Shown here: positions 1 through 8,642 of the stretch, one piece after another | How positions within the stretch are numbered: the first letter of the stretch is position 1 | Layout of the letters: every line of letters begins with the position of its first letter | Source of the DNA: Candidatus Sulfomarinibacteraceae bacterium | Lineage (GTDB): Bacteria > Acidobacteriota > Thermoanaerobaculia > Thermoanaerobaculales > Sulfomarinibacteraceae | Length of the DNA stretch: 64,000 nt | Assembly (NCBI GenBank): GCA_963796455.1 | Contig: CAWCLO010000004.1 | Location: 1,120,001-1,184,000 of the forward strand | Direction: 5' to 3' | Made by a program: the position numbers and the translations under genes | The notes under the pieces: model-generated | Databases searched by the model: none | Told to the model about the DNA's origin: nothing | What the model saw: the letters and a program-made list of their open reading frames with translations, nothing else

Positions 1-2
1 AA

Positions 3-971
3 TACCCCGCCGCGTTGGCCCACGTTCTCCGGTCCCTGCCGCCGCCACTCGTGGACGGCGAAAAGCTGAGCGGAGGAATTCTGGTCTGGCCCTGTTGCCA
101 ATTCGTGGAAGACCACGGCGTGGACGACCCCGATCATTCGCTCCCGGCTCTGTATGAATTGACCCGCCGCTTCAGCGCCGAATTCGCCATCAGACCCTTT
201 CTGGTCAACTACCCCGATCGCACTCTCGCGCTGCTTCATGAGTGGACAACGGACGTCGATCTCCACGTGCGCCGGCTGTGCTCCGAAGGCAGCCGCCCGA
301 GGCTCCCGTGGGGCCTCCGTCTCCAGTTCCTGGTGGATGACCCCTCCCCCACTCTTCCGATTCTCGAGACGTTGCGCGACGACCCGGAAGAATATGTGCG
401 CCGGTCGGTCGCCAATCACCTCAACGACATCGCCAAGGACAACCCCGATGTGGTCGTGGATGTCTGCCGCCGATGGCTGAAGGGCGCCCCGAAGGAGCGC
501 GAGAAGCTCGTCAAGCACGCCCTCCGCAGCCTGGTCAAACAGGGCAATCCCGATGCCCTCACGTTGCTTGGTTTCGGCCCCCCGAAGATCGAGGTGGTGC
601 GCTTCACAGCCCCCGATGCAGCCGAAGTCGGGGGTTCCGCCGAGCTCGAACTCGAACTCAAAAGCACCTCGAAAAAGAAACAGAACCTCGTCATCGACTA
701 TGCCTTTCACTTCCCGGGTGCAAAGGGCAAGACCAACCGCAAGGTCTTCAAGTGGCGCACTGCCACCATCGAGCCCGGCGGCACGCTGCGCTGTCGCAAA
801 AGCCACTCTTTCAAAGAGGTCTCTACCAGACGCACCTTGCCGGGAACCTATCGCTTCGAGGTCATGGTGAATGGTGAGAGCTTTGGGGAGGTGGGGGTGG
901 CGGTTTCAGAGCCGCGAGGGTTGAGCGCCAAACGTCCCATCCGCTCAAATCCACCGCGTGGCAAGTGTTGA
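3..971 (+). CDS. DNA alkylation repair enzyme (AlkC/AlkD-like HEAT-repeat protein), 5'-partial
   Basis: Frame is open from the window start. Motifs TRRFSAEFAIRPF, HVRRLCSEGSRPRLPW and YVRRSVANHLNDIAK, plus a C-terminal Ig-like domain (KVFKW, HSFK..TR), fit this family. Confidence 0.85.
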   Translation, partial: YPAALAHVLRSLPPPLVDGEKLSGGILVWPCCQFVEDHGVDDPDHSLPALYELTRRFSAEFAIRPFLVNYPDRTLALLHEWTTDVDLHVRRLCSEGSRPRLPWGLRLQFLVDDPSPTLPILETLRDDPEEYVRRSVANHLNDIAKDNPDVVVDVCRRWLKGAPKEREKLVKHALRSLVKQGNPDALTLLGFGPPKIEVVRFTAPDAAEVGGSAELELELKSTSKKKQNLVIDYAFHFPGAKGKTNRKVFKWRTATIEPGGTLRCRKSHSFKEVSTRRTLPGTYRFEVMVNGESFGEVGVAVSEPRGLSAKRPIRSNPPRGKC

Positions 972-996
972 CAAACGGCACACATTGTACGACATT
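968..996 (+). promoter_or_regulatory. sigma70-type promoter of the TA operon, probably leaderless
   Basis: TTGACA 968-973, 17-bp spacer, GACATT 991-996. The ATG lies 6 nt later and there is no SD. Confidence 0.55.
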
Positions 997-1002
997 AGTC
1001 TT

Positions 1003-1278
1003 ATGAAATATTTCTCCTGGAGCCCAGGGAAAAACCGATTGCTTCAGGAGACCCGAGGTATTTCATTTGAGGAGGTTGTATTCCACGTGGAGAGGGGCGA
1101 TGTGCTCGATATCTTGGAACACCCAAATCTGGAGAAATACTCGGGGCAACGGATCATGGTCGTTCATGTCGAAGGTTACGCATACCTCGTACCGTTCGTC
1201 GAAGACGATTCAGAGGTCTTTCTGAAAACGATCATTCCCAGTCGCAAAGCGACGCGGGATGATCTCGGAGGTGCCTGA
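1003..1278 (+). CDS. type II TA toxin, BrnT-like ribonuclease
   Basis: MKYFSWSPGKN...RGISFEEV...YLVPFV...FLKTIIPSRKAT pattern. Start moved from 958 to the ATG at 1003. Stop overlaps the antitoxin start (TGATG). Confidence 0.8.
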   Translation: MKYFSWSPGKNRLLQETRGISFEEVVFHVERGDVLDILEHPNLEKYSGQRIMVVHVEGYAYLVPFVEDDSEVFLKTIIPSRKATRDDLGGA

Positions 1279-1553
1279 TGGCCAAACTGGACAAAGAAGA
1301 GAAGGAACTCCTCAAATCATTCGAAGATGGGGAATGGAGATCGGTTTCCAACAAAAAACGGGAAGAGGGTCGTCTCCAGGATTACGCGGCCGCGACCTTC
1401 AAGAAAGACCGTCGAATCAACATCAGGATTTCGAGCAAGGACCTCAATGCACTCCAGAAGAGAGCGCTCGAGGAAGGAATCCCGTATCAGACTCTCGTTT
1501 CGAGCGTCCTCCACAAGTACGTTTCAGGACGTCTTCGTGAAGAATCAGCCTGA
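1278..1553 (+). CDS. type II TA antitoxin, CopG/BrnA-like ribbon-helix-helix
   Basis: C-terminal RINIRISSKDL...ALEEGIPYQTLVSSVLHKYV. Translationally coupled to the toxin, with GGAGG upstream. Confidence 0.85.
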   Translation: MAKLDKEEKELLKSFEDGEWRSVSNKKREEGRLQDYAAATFKKDRRINIRISSKDLNALQKRALEEGIPYQTLVSSVLHKYVSGRLREESA

Positions 1554-1888
1554 CACGTCGTTCCGACGGGCTCTCACCCATGCCCGGTTGCTGACGGCCC
1601 ATGGGTGCTCAAGGCACCCCTAAAGGAAAATCAAAGTACATCCGGAATGGGTCTCCTTGATGAGATCAGGGCTTCTCTCGGTTACAATTGTTTCGAGAGT
1701 GAGACCCGAAAACCGGCCCAGGCTCTGGCCCCGATCCAGCGATTGCCGGGTTGGGAGGACATTGAATGAACAGTGCACAACCCCGAGAATCCGGACTGAT
1801 CGGTCCGACCCGAACCTCAGGGAATTGTCCGACATTCAATCTCCGCACGATCCCCGGTCGTAGCGAACGAACACAAGTAGAGGTGATC

Positions 1889-4576
1889 ATGAAGAATCCC
1901 GCCCACGCCACCGTAATCGCCGCAGCATTGATCGTCGCCACCGTCGTCCTCCTGTTCGCGCCACCTTCCGAAGCCGCATACCTCAGGGACGTGCCCCAGG
2001 TTCTCATGCAACCTGACGGCTCGCGAATCGAGTGTTTTGCAAGTGGTGACGAGTATTACAACTGGCTGCACGATGCCGACGGATTCGTCATCATTCGTGA
2101 CCCTGACAGCGGGTATTGGGTATGGGCCGAAAAAGTGCAGGGTGATCTTGCCCCGACGGACTTTGTCGTCGGACGCATCCCACCCCGTTTTCTCGATCTC
2201 GAACCGCGGGTCGCTCCGGATCAAAGGATCCTCGAGCTGAGGAGATCCACCCTCTTCCAGGCTCCACCCGCCGAACCGGCGCCCTCGACGGGAACGATGG
2301 AAAACGTCGTCATCTTTATTCGTTTCAGTGATGAATCCGAATTCGGGCAACCCATCAGCGGCTACGACGACAGTTTCAATTCCACGACGCCGGGCATCAG
2401 CTCGATGAAGGCCTACTATCGAGAGGTCTCCTACAACCAGCTCACCATCAACTCGACCTTCTACCCCACTCCGGGCACCAACGTCGTCTCCTACCAGGAC
2501 GCTCAACCGCGCGCCTACTATCAACCCTATGATGCCACCACGAACCCGATCGGTTATACGGGAGGCAACGCGGGAACCGAGCGCACCACCCGCGAGCACA
2601 CACTGTTGAAAAACGCGGTCGATGCGGTGTCGTCACAGGTGCCAGGGAGCCTCGATGTCGATGGCGACGATGACGGTTATGTCGACAACGTGGTTTTCGT
2701 CATCTACGGCTCACCCACCGGCTGGAGTTCGCTCCTGTGGCCTCATCGGTGGTCCCTCTACACGCAGACAGCCTATATCAACGGAGCGCAGGTCTCGGAC
2801 TACAACTTCCAGCTCAGCGCGGCCTTCGGCGTCGGCGTCCTCTGCCACGAGATGTTTCACTCTCTTGGTGCGCCCGACCTCTACCACTACACATCGAACG
2901 GTGTTTCCCCTGCCTACAAGTGGGACATCATGGAATACGACCTGAGTCCGCCGCAACACATGACCATGTATATGAAAAAGAGGTACGCCAATTGGATCGC
3001 CTCCATCCCGGAGATCACGAGCAACGGCACCTACACCCTCAACCCGGTGACGTCTTCAACCAACCATGCCTACAAGATCGCCTCGCCTCACACCGCCAAC
3101 GAATACTTTGTCGTGGAGTACCGGCGCAAGACGGGTACCTTCGAGAGCTCGATCCCCGGTTCCGGTCTCATCGTCTATCGCATCAACACGGCGGCGGACG
3201 GAGTCGGCAACCGCAACGGTCCGCCTGATGAACTCTATGTCTATCGCCCCAACGGCTCCAACACGGTCGAAGGCGACCCGACTGACGCAAACTTCAGCCT
3301 CGATGTCGGCCGGACCCAGATCAACGACTCCACCAACCCCTCGGCCTTCCTCCAGGATGACAGCTCGGGCGGTCTCGATATTTCCGATATCACCGCGGCC
3401 GGGGCCACCATTTCATTCACGGTGACCGTGGATCTCGGCGACGATTTCTCGATCTCGGCCACCCCCTCGAGCCGCGAGGTCTGCCAGGGATCGAACGCCG
3501 CGTTCGACGTGTCCGTGCAGCAGATCGGCTCCTTCACCGGTTCCGTGACGCTCAGTTCAAGCGGCACGCCCACCGGCACAACCGCGGGATTTTCAACCAA
3601 CCCGGTGAATCCGGTCCCGGGCACCAGCACCTTCACTGTGAGCAACACCGGCGCCGCGTCGCCGGGCACATCAACTATCACCATCACCGGCACCGGGAGC
3701 CCTGGGACCCACAACGACACAGTCGATCTCACCATCGTCACGACACCCGCCACCAGCACACTGCAGAGCCCCGCGAACGGTGCAACCGGACAATCGACCT
3801 CGCCTACCTTCCAATGGACCGCGGTCGCCGGAGCCACCTCTTATACGATCCAGATCGCGCGCGACTCCGGATTCCAGAACATTGTCAACAGCACCGCCGT
3901 CCAGACCACCAACTACTCCGGTGCCACCCTCGACGCCGCCACGACCTACTACTGGCGGGTCACCGCCTCGAATACCTGCGGCGCTGGAGCCGCTTCGGCA
4001 ACGTTTTCCCTGACCACCGACGACGGATCGACCCAATGCACAAATGTCCTTCTCGAACCCGGATTCGAGGCAGGGGGCGGATCCGCGTGGTCGGAGTCCT
4101 CGGGCAATGGTTGGGCCATCGTTACTACCGACTATCCGCGCACCGGTTCCTATTCCGGATGGCTGGGCGGGGGGAACAACGAAAGCGCTGATCTCTCGCA
4201 GGCGCCGGCCATCGCCGCCGGGGCCTCCTCCGCCACCCTCACATACTGGTACCTGCTCGATTCGAGCGATTATTGCGGCTACGATTATGGCGGCGTCGAG
4301 ATCAACGGAACACCTCCGGCCGGACACAATTACGACCTCTGCACCACGACCGACACCGGTTCGAGTTGGACCAAATCGGCCGCTGTCGATCTGTTGTCCC
4401 TCGCCGGCACTTCGCCCACCATCAACTTCTTTATAACGACCGATGGATCAAACTCGAGCAGCGTCGTCGTCGACGATGTGATGCTCGAGGTCTGTGTGTC
4501 TTCGGGAACCCCGGCAATGTTCAGCGATGGTTTCGAATCCGGGAGCACATCCTCCTGGAGCAACACCGTGCCGTAG
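1889..4576 (+). CDS. secreted M6-family (immune inhibitor A-like) metalloprotease with Ig/FN3 and carbohydrate-binding-like domains and a FSDGFESG tail
   Basis: GAGGTG SD before the ATG at 1889, signal peptide, QPDG..GDEYYNW propeptide, LWPH, HEMFHSLGAPDLY zinc motif, EYFVVEYR, and C-terminal MFSDGFESGSTSSWS. Confidence 0.88.
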   Translation: MKNPAHATVIAAALIVATVVLLFAPPSEAAYLRDVPQVLMQPDGSRIECFASGDEYYNWLHDADGFVIIRDPDSGYWVWAEKVQGDLAPTDFVVGRIPPRFLDLEPRVAPDQRILELRRSTLFQAPPAEPAPSTGTMENVVIFIRFSDESEFGQPISGYDDSFNSTTPGISSMKAYYREVSYNQLTINSTFYPTPGTNVVSYQDAQPRAYYQPYDATTNPIGYTGGNAGTERTTREHTLLKNAVDAVSSQVPGSLDVDGDDDGYVDNVVFVIYGSPTGWSSLLWPHRWSLYTQTAYINGAQVSDYNFQLSAAFGVGVLCHEMFHSLGAPDLYHYTSNGVSPAYKWDIMEYDLSPPQHMTMYMKKRYANWIASIPEITSNGTYTLNPVTSSTNHAYKIASPHTANEYFVVEYRRKTGTFESSIPGSGLIVYRINTAADGVGNRNGPPDELYVYRPNGSNTVEGDPTDANFSLDVGRTQINDSTNPSAFLQDDSSGGLDISDITAAGATISFTVTVDLGDDFSISATPSSREVCQGSNAAFDVSVQQIGSFTGSVTLSSSGTPTGTTAGFSTNPVNPVPGTSTFTVSNTGAASPGTSTITITGTGSPGTHNDTVDLTIVTTPATSTLQSPANGATGQSTSPTFQWTAVAGATSYTIQIARDSGFQNIVNSTAVQTTNYSGATLDAATTYYWRVTASNTCGAGAASATFSLTTDDGSTQCTNVLLEPGFEAGGGSAWSESSGNGWAIVTTDYPRTGSYSGWLGGGNNESADLSQAPAIAAGASSATLTYWYLLDSSDYCGYDYGGVEINGTPPAGHNYDLCTTTDTGSSWTKSAAVDLLSLAGTSPTINFFITTDGSNSSSVVVDDVMLEVCVSSGTPAMFSDGFESGSTSSWSNTVP

Positions 4577-4666
4577 TCCGGTCACCGACGCGCCGCGGAA
4601 ACAGGCCGCGGGTCGTGCCGACTTCCGATCTCGGGCATTTTCCGCCCGCCGGTCTACAATTGGGCC

Positions 4667-5785
4667 ATGGCCCACAAACAGAAATTCGACGTCGAAAACT
4701 GGCCGGGGTTGATCAGATCCCGAATCACGAAACAGCGGCACCAGCCCGGCACCGCCCCCGGAACCCTCCCTTCACCCGCCGATAGGACGGGAGAGAGCCG
4801 AACACGGGTCGTCGCCTTCAATTCCACTGATCTGACGGACCTCGCCCACCCGGATACTGGCAGTCTGTCCGGAATCGGGGATAGCATGACCACGTGGGTG
4901 AACGTCGAAGGCCACGGCGTGGCACAGATCGCGGATCTCGGCGCGCGGCTCGAAGTTCATCCTCTCGCACTGGAGGATGTTCTTCATGTGGGCCAACGAC
5001 CAAAGGTCGAGGACTTCGAGGAATCCCTCTTTCTCGTTATCGATCATTTTTCGATGACTGCCGACGGCGGCGGGCTGACCAAGGAACAGGTCAGCCTGGT
5101 GATTCAGAACGGTCTCGTGCTGTCGGTTCGGGAACACGCCTCCGATCTTTTCGAACCGGTGTATCAGAGGCTGAAGTCCGGCAAGGGTCGAATCCGGGTC
5201 GGTGGCGCCGGCTATCTCGCCTACGCGCTCATCGACACCGTCGTGGATCACCTGTTTCCGGTGTTGGAACACATCGGTGATCGACTCGATATCCTCGAGG
5301 CTTCGATCCTGGACGACCCGTCCCAGGATGATCTCAGCACGCTCCACCTGATCAAGCACGACCTGCTTTTGTTGCGGAAGTCGATGTGGCCGACACGGGA
5401 GCTGCTTCGCAATCGGCTGCTGATCGATTCACCTCTGATCGGAGAACAGACCCAACTCTATCTTCGAGACGTCGCCGACCACGCCACAGTGGCGGTCGAC
5501 ATGATCGAAAGCTACCGCGAAATGGTGGCCAGCCTCAACGATCTGTACCTGACGAACATATCGATCAGATCCAACGAGATCATGAAGGTGCTGACCACCA
5601 TCGCGACCATTTTCATTCCGCTTTCGTTCATCGCCGGTCTGTACGGAATGAACTTCAACACCGCGGCAAGCCCGCTGAACATGCCCGAACTCAATTGGCG
5701 TTGGGGCTATCCGATGGCGTTGATCCTTATGGCCGCGGTCGCCGGAGGCCTGCTCATCTACTTCCGGCGCAGACGTTGGTTTTGA
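4667..5785 (+). CDS. corA: magnesium/cobalt transporter CorA
   Basis: HPLALED..QRPKVE, NEIMKVLT, GLYGMNF signature, MPELNW and two C-terminal TM helices. Confidence 0.95.
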   Translation: MAHKQKFDVENWPGLIRSRITKQRHQPGTAPGTLPSPADRTGESRTRVVAFNSTDLTDLAHPDTGSLSGIGDSMTTWVNVEGHGVAQIADLGARLEVHPLALEDVLHVGQRPKVEDFEESLFLVIDHFSMTADGGGLTKEQVSLVIQNGLVLSVREHASDLFEPVYQRLKSGKGRIRVGGAGYLAYALIDTVVDHLFPVLEHIGDRLDILEASILDDPSQDDLSTLHLIKHDLLLLRKSMWPTRELLRNRLLIDSPLIGEQTQLYLRDVADHATVAVDMIESYREMVASLNDLYLTNISIRSNEIMKVLTTIATIFIPLSFIAGLYGMNFNTAASPLNMPELNWRWGYPMALILMAAVAGGLLIYFRRRRWF

Positions 5786-5864
5786 CGCTCTTCACCTCAA
5801 GACGGGGCACCTATGCGTCACATTCCTGGGGTGCCCCGAAAAAGAGACAGCCTATGATCCGCAC

Positions 5865-6875
5865 CTAGTTGTGGACGTACGAGACATTCCGTGAACCCTC
5901 GGAGTTGAGATAGATAAGGATTGAAGTACGGGCGACCTCACGGTCATCTTCGACCGCAATAATCGGCCGACCGGTCACCATGCCCTTTCCGTATTTGCCG
6001 TTGACCCGACAGTAAAAGAATACTTTCTGCGGGCTCTCGGCAGCCGCAAGTTCAAGGCTGGGTTCATAACCCTTGTCAGGGGCTTCGGTCATCCCCCTCA
6101 TCGCGATTTCGGGGCGGAAAGGGATCTCGCCAGGGTCGTAGACGACAAAGCCGTCACCCACGGAAGGATGACTGAACCTGATCCAGCCCTGTTCGAGCCC
6201 TTTCTGCGGGTACCGTCGACCCTCCACTTCGAGATCCGACTTTGGGAGTGCCGTTCCATACCCTTCGGCGGCGACGAGAAAGACATGGGGCCAGTCGAAG
6301 TCCCGTTTTTCTCCATTCCTCCAGAGCCACGATTCTCTATTTCCTTGCCTTTTGACCTCGACAACAGAGACCGGGCCCCGCGTATCGGCACGCAAGATCC
6401 CCTGCCGTTTCTCCAGCGGTGCTCTCTCTGCCTGTTTCTCGAGGACGATTTCAATCTCCACGATTTCGGCCCCTCCCGGATTTGTCCGTGGGGTCTCTTC
6501 ATTGAACGAAAATGACCACTGCTCGGAATAGAACCCGGGCTTCAAAAACGAGAGATTGACCGACGAGATGTCGCTCCGCTCGATTCGGAATTCGCCATCG
6601 GCACGAAGGCTCTCCCTGACGATTTCTTTTCTCGCGACGACGTCGCCAAGCTTTCGGAAATAGTAATTGACCTTCACGTCCATCAACGGTTGGCCGTTTG
6701 TTGAAACCACGCGGCCGCGAATATCGATATCGCCCTTCAGCATTTCAGTCCAGGCTTCCAACTGGCGAAGCATTTCTTCCTGATTCGGATACTCCTGCGC
6801 CCAGACCGGGCTGACCAGGAGGAGCAGTAAACTGAGAGCGAATCCAGTCTTCAATTCAACCCAAAATCTGTGCAT
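5865..6875 (-). CDS. secreted hypothetical protein; paralog of 24532..25536, putative orphan immunity protein
   Basis: Signal peptide (VWA-QE). Shares blocks DIRGRVVS, YYFRxLGD, ISSVNLS, GDGFVVYDPGE, MRGMTEAP, YGKGMVTGRPIIA and GSRNVSY with 24532..25536. Confidence 0.75.
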   Translation of the reverse strand: MHRFWVELKTGFALSLLLLLVSPVWAQEYPNQEEMLRQLEAWTEMLKGDIDIRGRVVSTNGQPLMDVKVNYYFRKLGDVVARKEIVRESLRADGEFRIERSDISSVNLSFLKPGFYSEQWSFSFNEETPRTNPGGAEIVEIEIVLEKQAERAPLEKRQGILRADTRGPVSVVEVKRQGNRESWLWRNGEKRDFDWPHVFLVAAEGYGTALPKSDLEVEGRRYPQKGLEQGWIRFSHPSVGDGFVVYDPGEIPFRPEIAMRGMTEAPDKGYEPSLELAAAESPQKVFFYCRVNGKYGKGMVTGRPIIAVEDDREVARTSILIYLNSEGSRNVSYVHN

Positions 6876-7038
6876 TTGTTGATTCCCCCTGAGGCCGCCA
6901 GTTTGGTCTATCGATTGGTTTCGATATTGGTGCTGTTCCGTCGAACCTCAAGCTTACTCCAAGAGATTGAAATGAATCGGCTCGGTTCAGGCTGCCGATG
7001 ACCTGTCGGCGACTTTCGGAAATCTGGCACATTGACCT

Positions 7039-8529
7039 TTACGGGCTCCGCCAGTTTTCGTCAAAATCCAACCCGAAATGCTGTTCGACGATGGCCCGGG
7101 CAATGTTTTCCGCCAGCAGTTCGTTTGCGAGATCGGTCAGGTGACCGAAATCGCCGGCAAAGAGATCGGAGAAATAGACCTCAACCCCATCTCTTTGCAC
7201 CAGTTCGGTAAAGAACGAGTTGTCAACATAGATGGATCCTTCATCGTGATCGAAGATCTGTTTGAGCGACTCAACCCTCCGACCCGGGTACTGGACGGCG
7301 ACATGGTCGATTCCGTTACTGTCGAGGATCCCCCGCACCTTTAGATAGTTGCTCCGCGTTCGAGGATTGACATAGTCTTCACGGATTCGCGTTTCGAGGA
7401 CCCTCAGCCTTTCGGCCTCCTCCATTCTCCCGTGCCGTTCACAGAACTCGATCAGCCATGGATAATATCGAGAATCCCCGGGGCTGATACGGTCGACGAT
7501 CTCTCGCAAGTACTGCTCCGCACGATCGATGTTTCCTGCCTTCTCGTGGACCCGGGCAAGAGCTCCCGCGTAGTGGATCTGGGTATTGGTGTCATCTTCT
7601 GAAACGAGATCGTTCCGCAGCTCGAGCAATGATTCGATCGCACAATCCAATTGGCCCAGATTTTCGTACGAAGTGGCGAAACCGTCAACGATGTCGATTG
7701 AAGGTCCGGGGATCGACTCAGCACCCTGGACAAGGATTTGATGCGCGTTGTCCAAATCACCGATTTTCGTGTAAATGAAGAAAAGCTCGACATAAGCTCC
7801 TACCGTGGTCGGTTCAGAAACGAGGATGTCGAGGAGAATGCGCTCAGCTTCCTCAAACCTCGATTTCGAAAAGAGGGTGCGAGCCTGCGACAGCAGGATT
7901 TCGGTAGCCTCATCGGGGCTCGATCGAAAGCTCGGAACCCGCGCGTTCTCACGACCGCCGATTGAACCGGTTTGATCGCTCCAAACGATTCCTTCAGCCA
8001 CCTTCAACCTCTCAACATCGGCGGCGCCGAAAAGCCTTTTCTGAACCCCTACTCGCAGAACCCGATAGAGCTTGTAGATCCTCATCGAGCCATACCATCT
8101 TCCTCTGCCTGGTTCGATCAGACTTCCATAGGTGTGGGTCCTGCCGGCGTCGTTGACACCCATCATCGTGACTACCAGATGAGGCTCATAAGTGGCGATG
8201 TCTTCTTCCAGAAAGGCAAGGATTTCGCCTGTAATAGTGCCGAACCGACCTCCGTTGATGACGCTGACCTGTACTCCGCTGAACTGGGCGTCGAAGATAG
8301 CCTGAAGATATTCGGGATAACTACGGGTCCAGGGCTCACCTATTGTGGTCGACTCGCCGAGGCAGAGAACCCGGAACTCACCGCCCTTTTCGAGCTGAGC
8401 TCGATTTTCCCCCGCCTGCCGGTAGTCCAACGCCCACCCGGCAGCCCGCATGCCCCCTTCGAGCAGGAGGACGGCGAGCAGGATGCCAAAAACAACGAGC
8501 CCGATACGGGCCAACCAGTTGTTACCCAC
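7039..8529 (-). CDS. membrane-anchored SGNH/GDSL hydrolase-like protein with inserted TPR repeats
   Basis: N-terminal TM helix, VLCLGESTT (block I), NGG, MGVND (block III), DFGH (block V) and a central helical TPR-like region. Confidence 0.75.
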   Translation of the reverse strand: MGNNWLARIGLVVFGILLAVLLLEGGMRAAGWALDYRQAGENRAQLEKGGEFRVLCLGESTTIGEPWTRSYPEYLQAIFDAQFSGVQVSVINGGRFGTITGEILAFLEEDIATYEPHLVVTMMGVNDAGRTHTYGSLIEPGRGRWYGSMRIYKLYRVLRVGVQKRLFGAADVERLKVAEGIVWSDQTGSIGGRENARVPSFRSSPDEATEILLSQARTLFSKSRFEEAERILLDILVSEPTTVGAYVELFFIYTKIGDLDNAHQILVQGAESIPGPSIDIVDGFATSYENLGQLDCAIESLLELRNDLVSEDDTNTQIHYAGALARVHEKAGNIDRAEQYLREIVDRISPGDSRYYPWLIEFCERHGRMEEAERLRVLETRIREDYVNPRTRSNYLKVRGILDSNGIDHVAVQYPGRRVESLKQIFDHDEGSIYVDNSFFTELVQRDGVEVYFSDLFAGDFGHLTDLANELLAENIARAIVEQHFGLDFDENWRSP

Positions 8530-8576
8530 TGAAACATGTTACCTAAGGTGGCTCAACGGTTGGTGGGGTCGATCGG

Positions 8577-8630
8577 AAAGGTGCCATGCGCCCCCTGGCA
8601 CCTTTATTGGAACCTGGCACTGATGGCACC
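8577..8630. repeat. miniature element made of the two RAYT-element termini
   Basis: AAAGGTGCCA (8577-8586), 9 nt, TGGCACCTTT (8596-8605), then partial copies ACCTGGCAC (8612-8620) and TGGCACC (8624-8630). These match bases 2-11 of the 31-bp TIR. Confidence 0.75.
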
Positions 8631-8642
8631 GATGTCACGCCG

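Noticed and set aside
8596..8610. sigma54 promoter TGGCAC-N5-TTGG
   Set aside because: The -12 GC is mismatched, it points antisense, and the TIR end explains the sequence.
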